A program made the translations under genes and the position numbers. A DNA stretch of 63,302 nt, the filler included, from Dimargaris cristalligena (Eukaryota): NCBI GenBank assembly GCA_003614675.1. It is 9 parts of 9 records of this genome, joined end to end, with 100 filler letters (N's around TTAATTAATTAA, not from the genome) between each part and the next. Parts side by side here need not be neighbours in the genome. Positions count along the whole stretch, not along the records: positions 35,340 to 42,278 come from ML003469.1; positions 42,379 to 49,290 come from ML003470.1; positions 49,391 to 56,301 come from ML003471.1; 6 more parts are not named here. One strand, given 5' to 3'. Shown piece after piece: positions 37,361 through 49,396 of the stretch. The notes below the pieces were generated by a model, which had not been told where the DNA came from, ran no database searches, and saw only the letters and a list, made by a program, of their open reading frames with translations. The stretch's first letter is position 1. The number at the start of each line of letters is the position of its first letter.

Positions 37361-39525
37361 TTAGATGGGCAGTTCAAACTTAACCTGGATGTTGGCCTTC
37401 TTCGCCAACTTCACAATCTTAGAGAGCTGCACAGCCTTACGCGCGGCTTCATCCAGATCGTCGCAGGCAATGATACGAAGATTGGACGAAGCAATCAGCT
37501 TCTTGGCCTCTTCCACGTTGGTACCCTGCAGGCGGACCACCAAAGGAATGTTCAGGCTAAGCTGGTTCACGGCGGTGATGATACCTTCGGCAATGACATC
37601 GCAGCGCATGATACCGCCAAAAATGTTAACCAGGATAGCGGACACGTGGGAGTCGGAGCTGATGATCTTGAAGGCTTCGGTAACCTGCTGGGCGGTGGCA
37701 CTGCCGCCGACGTCGAGGAAATTAGCGGGTTCACCGCCGTTGAGCTTGATGATGTCCATGGTGGACATGGCTAGACCGGCACCGTTGACCAGGCAACCGA
37801 TGTCACCGTCCAGACCAATGTAGTTGAGCTTAAATTCGTGGGCCTTCACTTCGCGGGGATCCTCCTGGGTAACGTCACGAAGTCCGAAAATGTCGGGTTG
37901 GCGGAAATCGGCATTGTCATCGAAGCCAAACTTGGCGTCCATGCACAAGACTTCGTGCTGGGCGGATTCAGCCATGGGGTTAATTTCCACCATGGTGGCG
38001 TCCTTGGCCACGAACAGCTTGTACAGGTTCAGCATGCTGTCGGCGGCGTCTTCCACGCACTGCTTGCTGAAGCCGATTTGTTCGGCCAGACGGACGGCAT
38101 CGGCCCGCTGGAGGCCCTTCTGGAGATCGACGGGCAGCTTGTGGATGGCCTCGGGGTTTTCGGCAGCGACGCTTTCGATATCCACACCACCCTGGGAGCT
38201 GGCCACGACCACGGGGCCCTGGGTAGCCCGGTCCATCAAGATGGCGAAGTAGAACTCCCGGCGGACGTACTTGCGTTCAACGACGTAGACCTAATGTCAC
38301 GGATAGGATGGCGCAGTCAAAAATGACAATTGGTGAATTTCGGTGAAATCAGATAGGCCAGAGGGGTAGGTAATAATAGCGTCAAAGTAAAAGGCGTTGT
38401 TAGTGGCTACTCCTAGGCAACGGATGTAAAAAAATAGTTGCCTGATTGGATGCCGCTGAATGGTCAAGTCATCGGGTCCGATGAATCAGCCCAGAGCCAA
38501 TAGAGAAAGGTTATATTCTCTCCACCGGTGAGTTGCCGATAGGGCCAACGGATTATATAAGGTTCGCCCAATGGGCGGCGGTATTCTATACCTCTCATAT
38601 TTCAAGCAGCCCGCACAAATAGGAAGGGGGATTGGTTTTACTTACCGCATTGCACACTTTACCAGCGGCGCCGGTTTGCTTCGTAACCAGAGTGTGGCCC
38701 AGCATCTTTTCGGCGAAGCTCTTGGCTTCATTGGGCGAGTAAATGGTGCGCACACCACCCTTGAGGCCATTATCGAAGGTGCCCTTACCCCGACCACCGG
38801 CCAGAACCTGGGCCTTGATCACCATGTCGTCGGTACCAAGCTTGAGGGCGGCTTGGTAGGCCTCCTCGGGGGTCTTGGCCACCTCACCACGGGGGGTCTT
38901 GATGCCGTACTTGTTCAGCAGACCCATCGACAGATATTCATGGATCGAGAGGTGACGCTTACCAATGGCAGCGGCGGGAGTCTATATATGTAAAGTGCCG
39001 AAACGTATATGCAGAGGGGGAAACAGGGTAGAGAGAATACAGTAAGGGGTCAGGTTCCGGGAATATACACCACAAGGGTGATTGGGAGTCATAGCCAAGA
39101 GCTGCGAAGCTGGTGATAAGGAAGGAGTGCACTGGTGACTAGCATAGCAGGGCGAAAAACGGCTTGTTATCTTATCTCGCATTATATCTCTCCTGCTTGA
39201 CATACCAGAATAGCCAAGGCCAGAGGGGCATCACCAACTTCTGCTTAGCCAACAACTCCATGGCCAATTGAAGTTACCGGGATGCTCGACATGCCTCTAA
39301 GCCAGCCAGCTAAAACCGCCGCCCGATCGGACTAAGGAAGTACAGTGCATTACTATGCCCAAACTAAGTACCATGCGCTTTCCCGGGAGGTCTTGGCTAG
39401 AGAGACGGACCTACAGATCCAGGCTTCCCGGGCTTGGCACAGGTAGCAACGCTAAGCATAATTGGCCTTACCTGAAAAGAAATGCGCCCAGTGGTGGGCA
39501 TGGCGAGCCGGGAGAAGCGGAACAT
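37361..39525 (-). CDS. LSC2: Succinyl-CoA ligase beta subunit, mitochondrial; exons 39525-39472, 38981-38646, 38290-37361 (~439 aa)
   Basis: Motifs [65 protein letters not shown] phase-0 introns and an N-terminal mitochondrial presequence. Confidence 0.95.
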
Positions 39526-41037
39526 AGTGGGCAGTAGAGTAGACGGGAGAGAGATGGGAGGGCTAGTCGTAACAGACAATGAGGCCGAGCTGAAGATATT
39601 TAGAAATAGAAAAAGAGGATAGGAGCAAAGTAAAAACCCGAGAAAAGTACAAGGGGTATGTGGATCAGCCAGGCCAGGTAGAGTAGGTGTATTCGGCCCA
39701 CGAACTCTACCGTCAAGAATGGCTGTTATGTGTGTGTGGGCTTTTTACACTAAGGTTAGGCTAGTGGAGAATTGATTTATCACGTAGCCTTCTACTCATA
39801 CTAGGCTGGAGATGTGCGGTAAAGCAGATGGAGAAAGGATAGCGGGCGGGCCCTATATGCACTCTCCATACAGCGAGGGCATGGTTGGCCTGGCGGACCT
39901 TATCGGCCAACCAGATGACCCAATTCGCCCAACCAACCACCCCGCGTATCGTATCATGTGACTGGCTGGATTTGGCTGCTATTGGATCTCCGGTGGCGCT
40001 GTTCCCTTGGAGCCGCAAATAAAACCAACTAATGGAAGCAGTCGAACACATCAGCTGTAGAATCATCCCGTTCCTTAGTGGCGAATACGAAGCGGGGTCC
40101 CTTTTAATTCCCACATTGGTTAAGCCGACTCTGGCAAACGGGACTGCTTTGTCCTCAATGCAAATCGGCCTTTACCTTTTGCGGCATTGCGCATAGATAC
40201 CTTCCACCCCTCCCCCCAACCATCACCTACTTACATTCCCCGGGCCCCTGACTGCACTCCTCTCCGGCCATAGTCACTTGCACTTGGCCCAAAGTAGACA
40301 AGGATATGCGGTATTAGATAATCCCTATTCGATTCGGCCACTGGAGTAGTTAAGGCCCCAATTGTTAGGAAGTTATAAATACATTTATCCCCCAGATCTA
40401 GATCGGAACAACTCAGGCATTCCCAAAGACATTAGCTAAATAATTTGATGCCTATCAATCACAAAGTCAGAAACCATACTGCTTTTCAATACTTGTATTT
40501 TGTAGGTAATGGTCGCCTATCACTCCAATTTCCGGTGTGTCAGTAATTACATTAACCAACGGCCGAAATTGGTCAAGGACGCCCATAGTAATCCCTTTAA
40601 TCACCCCACTGTTTTATCTCTGGTATTGGGGTTAATTGCACCATTTACTACCTTGGTTCATTAGAAAATATATGCCCAAAACAAGGCCTTAGTTGGAAGC
40701 TCGGCTCGATCACCTCGTACAAAAGACGAAACAAAATGATCGATAATGGAAATGCGTAACAATTTATAGATACAAGTTAAATGAATGGATTTGGAGTTTG
40801 TAATCAACCTGGATCAACTTTATCATTCACTAGCACTAAAATCTTTGCAGAAATAGAAGTAATAAACTATATAAGGTAAATACTCAATATCAGTGTATTA
40901 GTGAACATTTTGCAAGATACTTGGGAACAATGTGCCATAACTATAATAATGGTCACAATACTTGTTTCATACTCTCTGTTCTATATTGTGAAATCACTCC
41001 CGGCACCTTAAACAGTACCCTAGCTAGGCCTACAAAC

Positions 41038-41660
41038 ATGTCGAAAACACCAGGCCTCTCTGGTTCAGCTAGTCGGCCAAATCCAAGGGTCTGGATGACA
41101 TCATTCGAAGAGACCTTGGTTAAAGCCAACCGAACTTACCCTCGTCTGGAGGATATTCCTTGAACTCATTGTTATCAAGATATATAGCAACCACCAGATG
41201 GCACTGGTTACCCGGCTCCTAGAGAGGTACCTGACACTACCACCGTAAATACGGCGTTTCGCGGACAACATACAGTTACATGTCCCATTGGCGCTACATG
41301 CGTATTACTGTACGGTGCAGGGTTAGTATAATTTTATATTCCGTCGATTCTATCACTTGCGATCACTCCCAAATGTATTCATGTAGGTGCGATACAAGCG
41401 CTTCCATTGGACCCAGCAAAGGACTCCACCGTCACCTATGAAGCCACGGACGGGGTGTAAACCTCCGGAACAGGATCTAGAGTGACGGCAGTGGCCATTT
41501 TTGACAAACAACTTTCGCCGACGAATACATGGACACCATTGGAAGGATTTATATATGACCAGTAGGCTGTTGGATATAAACCCGTTGAATTTGATCCAAA
41601 AAACGGTGGAGTAGTATTCAGTACACAATAGCGAATCCCAAGTCCGGGAATGAATCAGTT
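41038..41660 (+). pseudogene. Disrupted gene of unknown family with one probable intron
   Basis: A protein-like frame from MSKTPGLSG to CVLLYGAG, then a GTTAGT...TAG intron-like gap (about 41321-41386), then AIQALPLDP...GGVVFSTQ; several in-frame stops. Confidence 0.35.
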
Positions 41661-42479
41661 TCTTTAGTATTAGATATTGGTTCCAAGCAAACTCGATTTG
41701 TTTTTATTTCAAAGGAATAATCAGCAAGGGTGGCATCAAAAGTAACCATTATTTTCGATTGAGAATTCCATATTTATTTGGTTTACTTTATAAGTAAATG
41801 ATTACACAATCATCATTGCGTTTCATTAATCCCACTACTGCTCTGTCTGTTCGTTAGAGACGACAATACCATTGCCAAATTCCCTGGCCTAATCCCCTAA
41901 GTATGAGTTGTTTGGACTGCACTCCCAGGCAGGTTCCGGTCTGCTCCCTCCTGACCAGACGTTGCTGAATCCCCCTAACCCCCCAAGCCCCATCATGACA
42001 ACCATCGGTTGAAATGGTTTATAGATGCTGCTGATGCTTAGTTATTTATTAGTACTATTTATTACACTCAATGGACAGGTCTGTAGTATACAATCACTAA
42101 AAATCTACCATGTATATAGGCAAATAACACGATTCAATGCATTTTGATAGTAAAAATAAAAGATGCCTATATAAAATCGGTTGGAAGAACGGAATATCAA
42201 AAAGAGAAAGATAAGAACCATATGGGTGGAATTCAGTGCAGCTGTATAAGGTTTTGAATGATGCACGTATGGGGAAATNNNNNNNNNNNNNNNNNNNNNN
42301 NNNNNNNNNNNNNNNNNNNNNNTTAATTAATTAANNNNNNNNNNNNNNNNNNNNNNNNNNNNNNNNNNNNNNNNNNNNGCAGGGGCTCATTCACTCATCA
42401 GGGGCGTACTTCCGATAAGTGCGAAAAATGGATTAAAAATAAAAGTAGGTTAAAAATGTGGTAAGTTCACCACAGCAAC

Positions 42480-43760
42480 AATTTCAGTAATATAAGCTAG
42501 AAGTACTCTCAAATTATAAAACAGTAACCCAATTTTGGGAGCCTAAAATAACAATCCAGTAATTACCAACCTATGTGGAACCATTTTGAGCCTTAGTAAT
42601 TGGTATTCTGTGAGTTTTTAAGAATGTTCGTCAGCTACCAGCCCATCAAACAATCCTATTCTCAGCAACCCTGTTTTTAAGAAACACTGTTCAGACTATT
42701 GAATAATTGGGGGGGGGGGGTGGCTAACCTATCCATAGCAGATATTATGCCAATTTAGTTGAATTCTCGCAGTGGTAGGGTTGTTCTAGATATGGATGTA
42801 ATACATGACAGCTGTATCCAGGCACAATTCTTGTTTTCACTATTACTAAAGACATCCATATTGGAGTGTATTTGACTTTGTAATCATTTTCCGGGGTGTT
42901 CCTTAATGGTTTTTTCCTCATTCTGACATTGCACTTGTGGATTAGCCATGGCCATCTGGGGATTTCCTTTTCATATTTACTATTGTAGTAATTGTCTGGT
43001 GTTGTTGTAGCCGGATTTGTACTAGTGCTACACACAATACAGTCTGGATTTTTTTGGGTTGGAGAGATTCTGGGTTTGAGGAATAATCTGCAAGTTATGA
43101 ACTTCAGAATAGCCATTAGTATACCACAATCACACCACGAGATGCTGGGTACAGTTGATTATTGAACAGATTGGAGGAATAGAGTATCAAGATGCATGGT
43201 TCTATTGATGATTGGCAATATACCCAGGACAGGTACTCCCCATGAGGATAGTTAAGCCCAATTTACATAGTTTGGTGAAACGATAAAGTAGTGTATTACT
43301 CAAAAAATGGACATGTTTCTGGAACATTTACTTATACGAGTGACCATACATAGACCAATACACTGGTGGAAGATTGGTGGTATCACCTGACAATCCAATT
43401 TTATTAAGATAGGTGTATAATTTTTGTCATTGGTAATGATGGGAGAGGCAGCTGGGGGGATTTGGACTAGGCAGGATAGTGTTACAGCATAATTAATAAG
43501 ATCAAATGAAATCCCCATTTGATTTGTATATGGCTTATTAGGCTGCAGAGGTATGTGGGCCAAAGGTAGGGGAGGGGGTTGAGAGAACACAAATACAGAG
43601 GGAGTTATGGTATCCTATCACCAAAGATGTAAGGATTAAAGGGGGAATGTCAGTAGTATTCTAAATAACACAAATTCATTGATACTAAGCAGGTAATTTC
43701 AGAGAGACAGGACTATGGCCAACCACATTAATAGAGTAGTGGTTCTATCGGTATTTATAC
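42480..43760 (-). mobile_element. Highly decayed Ty3/gypsy-like pol remnant
   Basis: Residual AASPII (RT start) and ENDYKVKYTP (RNase H end DYxIxYxPG) patterns; many stops and frameshifts. Confidence 0.4.
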
Positions 43761-45570
43761 AATGACAATAAGTGCAAAGATTACTGCTGGATTGCAATAT
43801 CAACAATGGTGGCCAGAGGTTTGTCATGTATAATTTGAGTACAATTTGTTATTGTGTAATGGGGCAATGTAATTGCAATGCAGTTGAGGCTTTGATTCTT
43901 ATACAAGCTAGGTTGGAGTACGGGTGGATATGGGCTGACAGTTAAATAGGGTATGTGGGAGAGGTTCAACCAGGCTGTATACCAATAAATTCACTGGATA
44001 GGGTAAATACGACTCATTATTGTAAGGCTTTTTCTTAAGCAGTTCTGTCTACTTATTTTGCAGATAGCTCGTGGTGTCCCTAAGAGCCATTCTGCCACTA
44101 TTCACTATGACTGATATAGATTCCTATTGCAATAGGGCATACAAAATGGGACCTCTTCTTTGATAATTGAGAATGGCCAGATTGCCCGTGTTGATGCTAG
44201 CACCAATTGCACTCAGCTGGGGAAGCTCTTACATCCCTTCTACTATAACCATTCAGTTGAGGGGGCCCAGGTGGTTTACCATGTGCTTGGATCTGAGAGG
44301 GGGGTTTTAAAGATGGGGACTATACAATTAGTTTAAAGTGTAAACTATGATTTTATTAAAACATGCCAAACCCTGGTTTTCGGGCAATATTTTTAGTTTT
44401 AGACCCTGTTTGGTTTCGGGTTTAATTGAGTTGGTAACTATTTGTTTATTGCTCGGCGGGATATCCTGGGATAACTGGACATGTGGTTGGTTCTGTTTGT
44501 TGGGCAGCTGCACTAGGAATTGCAAGACATGCTCTACCAGCCAGTATCAAGATGGAGATCCCCTAAACCCAAAACATTTCTGCATGACCTTTTTAATATT
44601 GAATGCAGGAAGATCTATTAATGAAATACCAATGGTAAAAAAAACTAACGCCACCATGCTTTAATGCCAAGGAGGTGGGTATAAAATGATGAAGCAATGG
44701 CAGGAGTTTAGAATGCAGCAGACAATACTCAGATGTATCATATATAGTACAGGTGAAGTTATCAATCAAGCAATTGATGAATCATAAAACAATGATTGAT
44801 GAAATGGGGATGTAAGAGTATGGGGGTGGATGTAAAATAAATCATTCAAGATCAATTTCCCCACCAATTAATCATGGCGTAGTTTCTTGGATTGGTCGTA
44901 GGTGCCTCGCTTAAAAATATGATGCTTGCCTTGAACAGTGGCAGATAAAATGTTGGGAATATCACCAAACTCCTCTTTTAAATTCTCATAGCTGTATGAG
45001 CAAACTATGGGCTTGGGAACTGGGGCATCGAGTGATACCTCCAAAGTTGGGGGCATTGGAGAAATAGTGGGGGGTGACAACAGTAAATTTGGAGGCTTGG
45101 GTTGTTTCACCATGCATGGGCTGGAGGAAGATGTGGCCGGAGTTACTACAACTGTGGTCTTCAAGGGAGCTGGTTATAATATATAAAAATGACATTATAG
45201 CATCAGTCAAGTTAGTTGATACCAATAGGCCGTTTGCAAGTGAGGGACCCATGCATTTGAGAAGTACTAGGGCTCTAGCCAGGCAAACAAATATAGCATT
45301 CATGGGATGTACAGGGTTAAATCAAGCGAGTATATACTTACAGGTTTTAAGGACCCGAGTCTCAGACAAGACCTGTTTTTTTCCTTTGGTAACAGCTGGT
45401 GTTGCTTTTGGTCTCTTAGTGGATTTAGGGGGGTCCACTGTGGTGACTTTCCAGGCTTTAGATGTCTGTTTGGCAGGAGTGGCCATCAGCATAGTTGCTT
45501 GAGGCGCTGGCTGATCCTTCTTCACTGGGCTATTGGTTGAAGGCATAGAAGATGCCATACTATTTTTCGA

Positions 45571-46846
45571 TCACTTTAGCTTAAGATTTGAGTGCTTTTG
45601 GTCTTTAGCAACTTGGGCAGGCAATTGTGGGACCATTAGGACTATTGGTAGGGCTGCGGCAGCCGGGACTTCTAGATTTTCCTCCATACCCGTTTCATCA
45701 GAAGCCAGGACTGTTGAATCTTCATTATTCTGATTAGTGGCATATTGCAAAGTCCATCTCCGTGCCTTTTCATTGAACAGTGACTGGTTTTCCCAAAATT
45801 CAGCCGCCTAGACATAAAAATCCACTGGTAAGCAATGCCATATATAAAGTAAAGTAGTTTGATTTGTTGCACTTGGGTTAGCCACCCAAATTATGCAGAA
45901 AACATATATGCTACACTGAATTGAGTAGTTGATATAATGAAATCTTTATCAAGTGATAAAAACTAATATGCTATGTCATATCGTGCTGGACCCCAGCTTA
46001 AATGTGAGCAGATACATGATTACTTACCACATGGGCTAGAAGTGGATCATTGGGATTTGGCTTGGACAGAAGTAGGTAGAGGGAGGTCAAGACGGTTGAT
46101 ACATTTAATGCCGGCCTCCAGCCTCCCTACATGGTGATTTACAAATAGAGGAATAGGACCCATAATAGTGATGAGTGGCCAAGGGATATGTGCGGGTAAA
46201 GCTCTACCTCTTGAGCATTTGCAATCATGTATTCAATTGCTGGTGACCAAGGGACCAATCACTATGGTCGGGGATCAGCTGTGCTTACTTTGGGGGGCAT
46301 TTTAAGAAGGTTGAGGCAAATGTGGCCTTCCCAGTTGATGTTGGGGTGGTAGACTGAGGTCACAAATTGGATTTGTGGGGGCACATATGGATACCTATGA
46401 TCATGGAGGATAACGAAGCAGATATGTTCCATCCACATGAGATATATCAGATATCAATGTGAAGGCCGGGTAAATAACTAACTGGATCAAGGAATATATT
46501 GTCGTTATTACTCCAAACTACAGAATTAGATGATATGGTACCCCATTCAGGGCAACAACTATCTGTATAATAGAAAAAAAGAGCCCATGGGCTAAGACAG
46601 GCTATGGTTCACCGGTTTGTTTTGAAGGAGCCAAGTGTTGTTATATGCTTACCTGTCAGGTATAACGACGCAGAGTTCAAACCGGCCACCCTTGTAAGGG
46701 GTATCGTGAGGGCCTTTAATCAGGGCTTTCCAATGCATCAACAAATTGCCTTCAGGGTGGCATATAATGCCTGCTGGGAGATTCTGGGTCAGTATCTCCC
46801 ACTCTCTCTTCATGCGGCAGAGTAGGGTATGGGATTGGGTAGTCAT
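45571..46846 (-). CDS. UBE2T: Ubiquitin-conjugating enzyme E2, UBE2T/FANCT-like; exons 46846-46653, 46394-46289, 46126-46028, 45807-45571; possibly pseudogenising
   Basis: Spliced translation gives RMKRE..L...[38 protein letters not shown] (catalytic Cys), [21 protein letters not shown] and ARRWT. The LKxPPKGxWRP loop is typical of UBE2T. Donors are GTAAG. Confidence 0.85.
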
Positions 46847-47667
46847 GGCTGAGGTGAGGGTTGTAGAGGCACTGGGAGGACACTGGCAGCAACTGGTCTT
46901 TAGAAAGGGCCAAATTGTGCAATGAGAGTAGCTATTTTAAAAAAATAGAAATAAAAAATGGAGCAAAGTCAACTCTAGAAAATGCAACTATTGGGTCTGC
47001 CACTGGGACTCAACTACAGTGTAGATAATGTGTAGGAGTGTTTTCTGATTGGTTGGGCATTGGGTTAAACTAGGGCATTCATTAATAGTGAATATATATC
47101 TAAGAGAATAATTCAGTCTTAGAGAAGAAGGGTGAAGAAATGTAGACCAGGCCAGGGAGAAGTAACCACCAAAGGGGGAATCCCGCTGGGCATAAAATCA
47201 ACTTAGAAGTGAACTGGGCTGAGAGTCGGAGCTACTGTGCCTGGTGGGAGAGGCAGTGACGCAGCAGCATACACTGTGTTGTGGTGTATATGGGTTTGGT
47301 TTGATTCAGTCTGGCTTGTACTATACGAAGCAGCGACCTAAGGGGAATCATTTAAATTTCGACAGCTCTCACTGGTATCATGAAGGAGGAGGATCAGTTG
47401 GAATTTTTTTTAATAAGGGAGGGGGCATATACTAGACCATCTACAGCCATCACGGGTTATTGCCAATCGGAGTTTATTGAAAAATGATACTGGGGAAGCC
47501 CCGCAATAAACCGATATACCTACGGCTATATTGTTAAATGGTTTATAGAAGCTGCGGGGTTAAATGTATATATGAGGGGAGGGCATCTGGACCAGCCAAA
47601 GTGAGTAAAACGAAGCGAGGAGAACAGGTACACGCGAAAATGGGTGAATAGAATCTGAGAGGTAAGA

Positions 47668-47868
47668 TCAGGATCCATAATTTTCGTATTTGTCCATCTT
47701 AGCGTTTTGGTGTCTTTTGCTATCGGCTCTTCTTTTATTCCAATCCGTCTTTATAGCATTGAACTTATTGCTGACGACGCTGACGAGTCCGCCGTGCACA
47801 ACCATCACATGGCTTAAACATACTAACAAGACCACCAAGACGAGTTGGTAACGAAATACAAGGTTCAT
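47668..47868 (-). CDS. Small secreted basic peptide, 66 aa, orphan
   Basis: CACCATG start, hydrophobic LVLVVLLVCLSHVMVVHG signal, KRR/KR sites. Confidence 0.5.
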   Translation of the reverse strand: MNLVFRYQLVLVVLLVCLSHVMVVHGGLVSVVSNKFNAIKTDWNKRRADSKRHQNAKMDKYENYGS

Positions 47869-48426
47869 GGTGAGGTCGTAAGAGTGGAGGTGTAGTATAG
47901 GAAGGTTCAAAAATAAATGAACAGGCCAAATACAATAGGTCGCAAATTTGCTAAGGCAATAGAATAAATACAGTGGTTAAGATTGTACGGGAGCAAAAAG
48001 GTGGGGGAGGCGAGTCGAGAGATGAAATGATAGATAATTAGCGGTTAACAGAACTCCGGCTGGCTTCATATATAAATATAAATATACCTGCGGGAGAAAT
48101 CTCAGGGAAGGGGGATCTTGTTGGATAGTCCGCCTGTCTCCGCTAGCAGACTAGGGCGAAGCAGCAGTAGCCGAAGGAAGGAGGGGTCAGTCATGGCGAA
48201 GAAATGCGTAGGCGCATCCTCCGTCCCTTGGTTGCTACTGGGAGCAGCGACCTCCCTAGGATAGTAATAACAACCGATCGGGACGATCCACTCGGGCTTG
48301 GTCATTATCCTAAAGGAGATATTAATATGATAACAAAGATCGGGAGGAAATCCGAATCATTGCTGTAAATGTGATTATAGAATGACTTGCTCTACCATCT
48401 CCGACATCATGATGCACACATACATA

Positions 48427-48463
48427 TTGATTTGATTTGATTTAATTTAATTTAATTTAATTA
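48427..48463. repeat. Pentanucleotide microsatellite (TTGAT)n(TTAAT)n
   Basis: ttgatttgatttgatttaatttaatttaatttaattaa. Confidence 0.7.
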
Positions 48464-48986
48464 AGCGGGCGGAATAAATCGAAAGGGTATCCCGATTTTT
48501 GTCTCTATAGTATCGTTAAGCATGCGCCAATTGACCCAAAACCCCCAGCTATGAGATAAAACAACCCGCTTGTGTAAATAATATTGAATAAGTTCCAGTC
48601 AAAAAAAAAAGCGAAAATTTTCTTTAATGCTAGTCAAATCGGGCCCATTAAGCCAGCCAGATTTAGTACTGTATACCCTGTATGGCGCAAGAGGAAAGGT
48701 GGAGGGGGAGGAGATACTAAATTACAGCAATGTATCCTCTTCTTTGAGCAACTTGCGGAATCGAGAAAAGTTTTGCCAAGAATGATTCACCTATAATCGG
48801 GACCGGATACAGGATAGGAAATATGAAGCAAGCTGCAGTTTTCCAAATACTGCGATTATCTATCTATATATGTATGTGTATTATAGATCGCCTGAATATG
48901 ACAAGGGTGTGTTTCATGTCCGCCCTGTTAGCTTATGTATTATTATTTTTCGGCAACGACCCCACCGGCATAGTTATAAAATCCGT

Positions 48987-49290
48987 GGAGAAGGGGTAGT
49001 GTATGTAGAGAGAGTGGTAAGTAAAATGTAATGTGTCGTACTGAGCCGTAGTGAGACCGTCGCACGTACTTTCGTAGACCTCTTAGCTGCTATTTCTAAA
49101 TACTAGTAGGAGAGATTCGGACTCGACGAAACTCAAAGAATTACGAGCTTCTTTACCAATATACAACATATACAGCCTGAACCGTAAAAATCAGTATCTT
49201 AAATTAGCTTGGACTCCGGCATGGGCTATGAAACAGGCATAATCAATTGGTTCGGAGTAGCCACATGAACGTAAGTGATCCCTTTCCTCA
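48987..49290 (+). mobile_element. Possible PPT plus start of an LTR at contig end
   Basis: Purine tract GGAGAAGGGGTAG followed by TGTA; CpG-retaining sequence runs into the assembly break. Confidence 0.35.
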
Positions 49291-49396
49291 NNNNNNNNNN
49301 NNNNNNNNNNNNNNNNNNNNNNNNNNNNNNNNNNTTAATTAATTAANNNNNNNNNNNNNNNNNNNNNNNNNNNNNNNNNNNNNNNNNNNNATTAGT

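Noticed and set aside
37280-38993. Plus-strand ORFs over succinyl-CoA ligase beta
   Set aside because: Antisense shadows of a GC3-rich gene.
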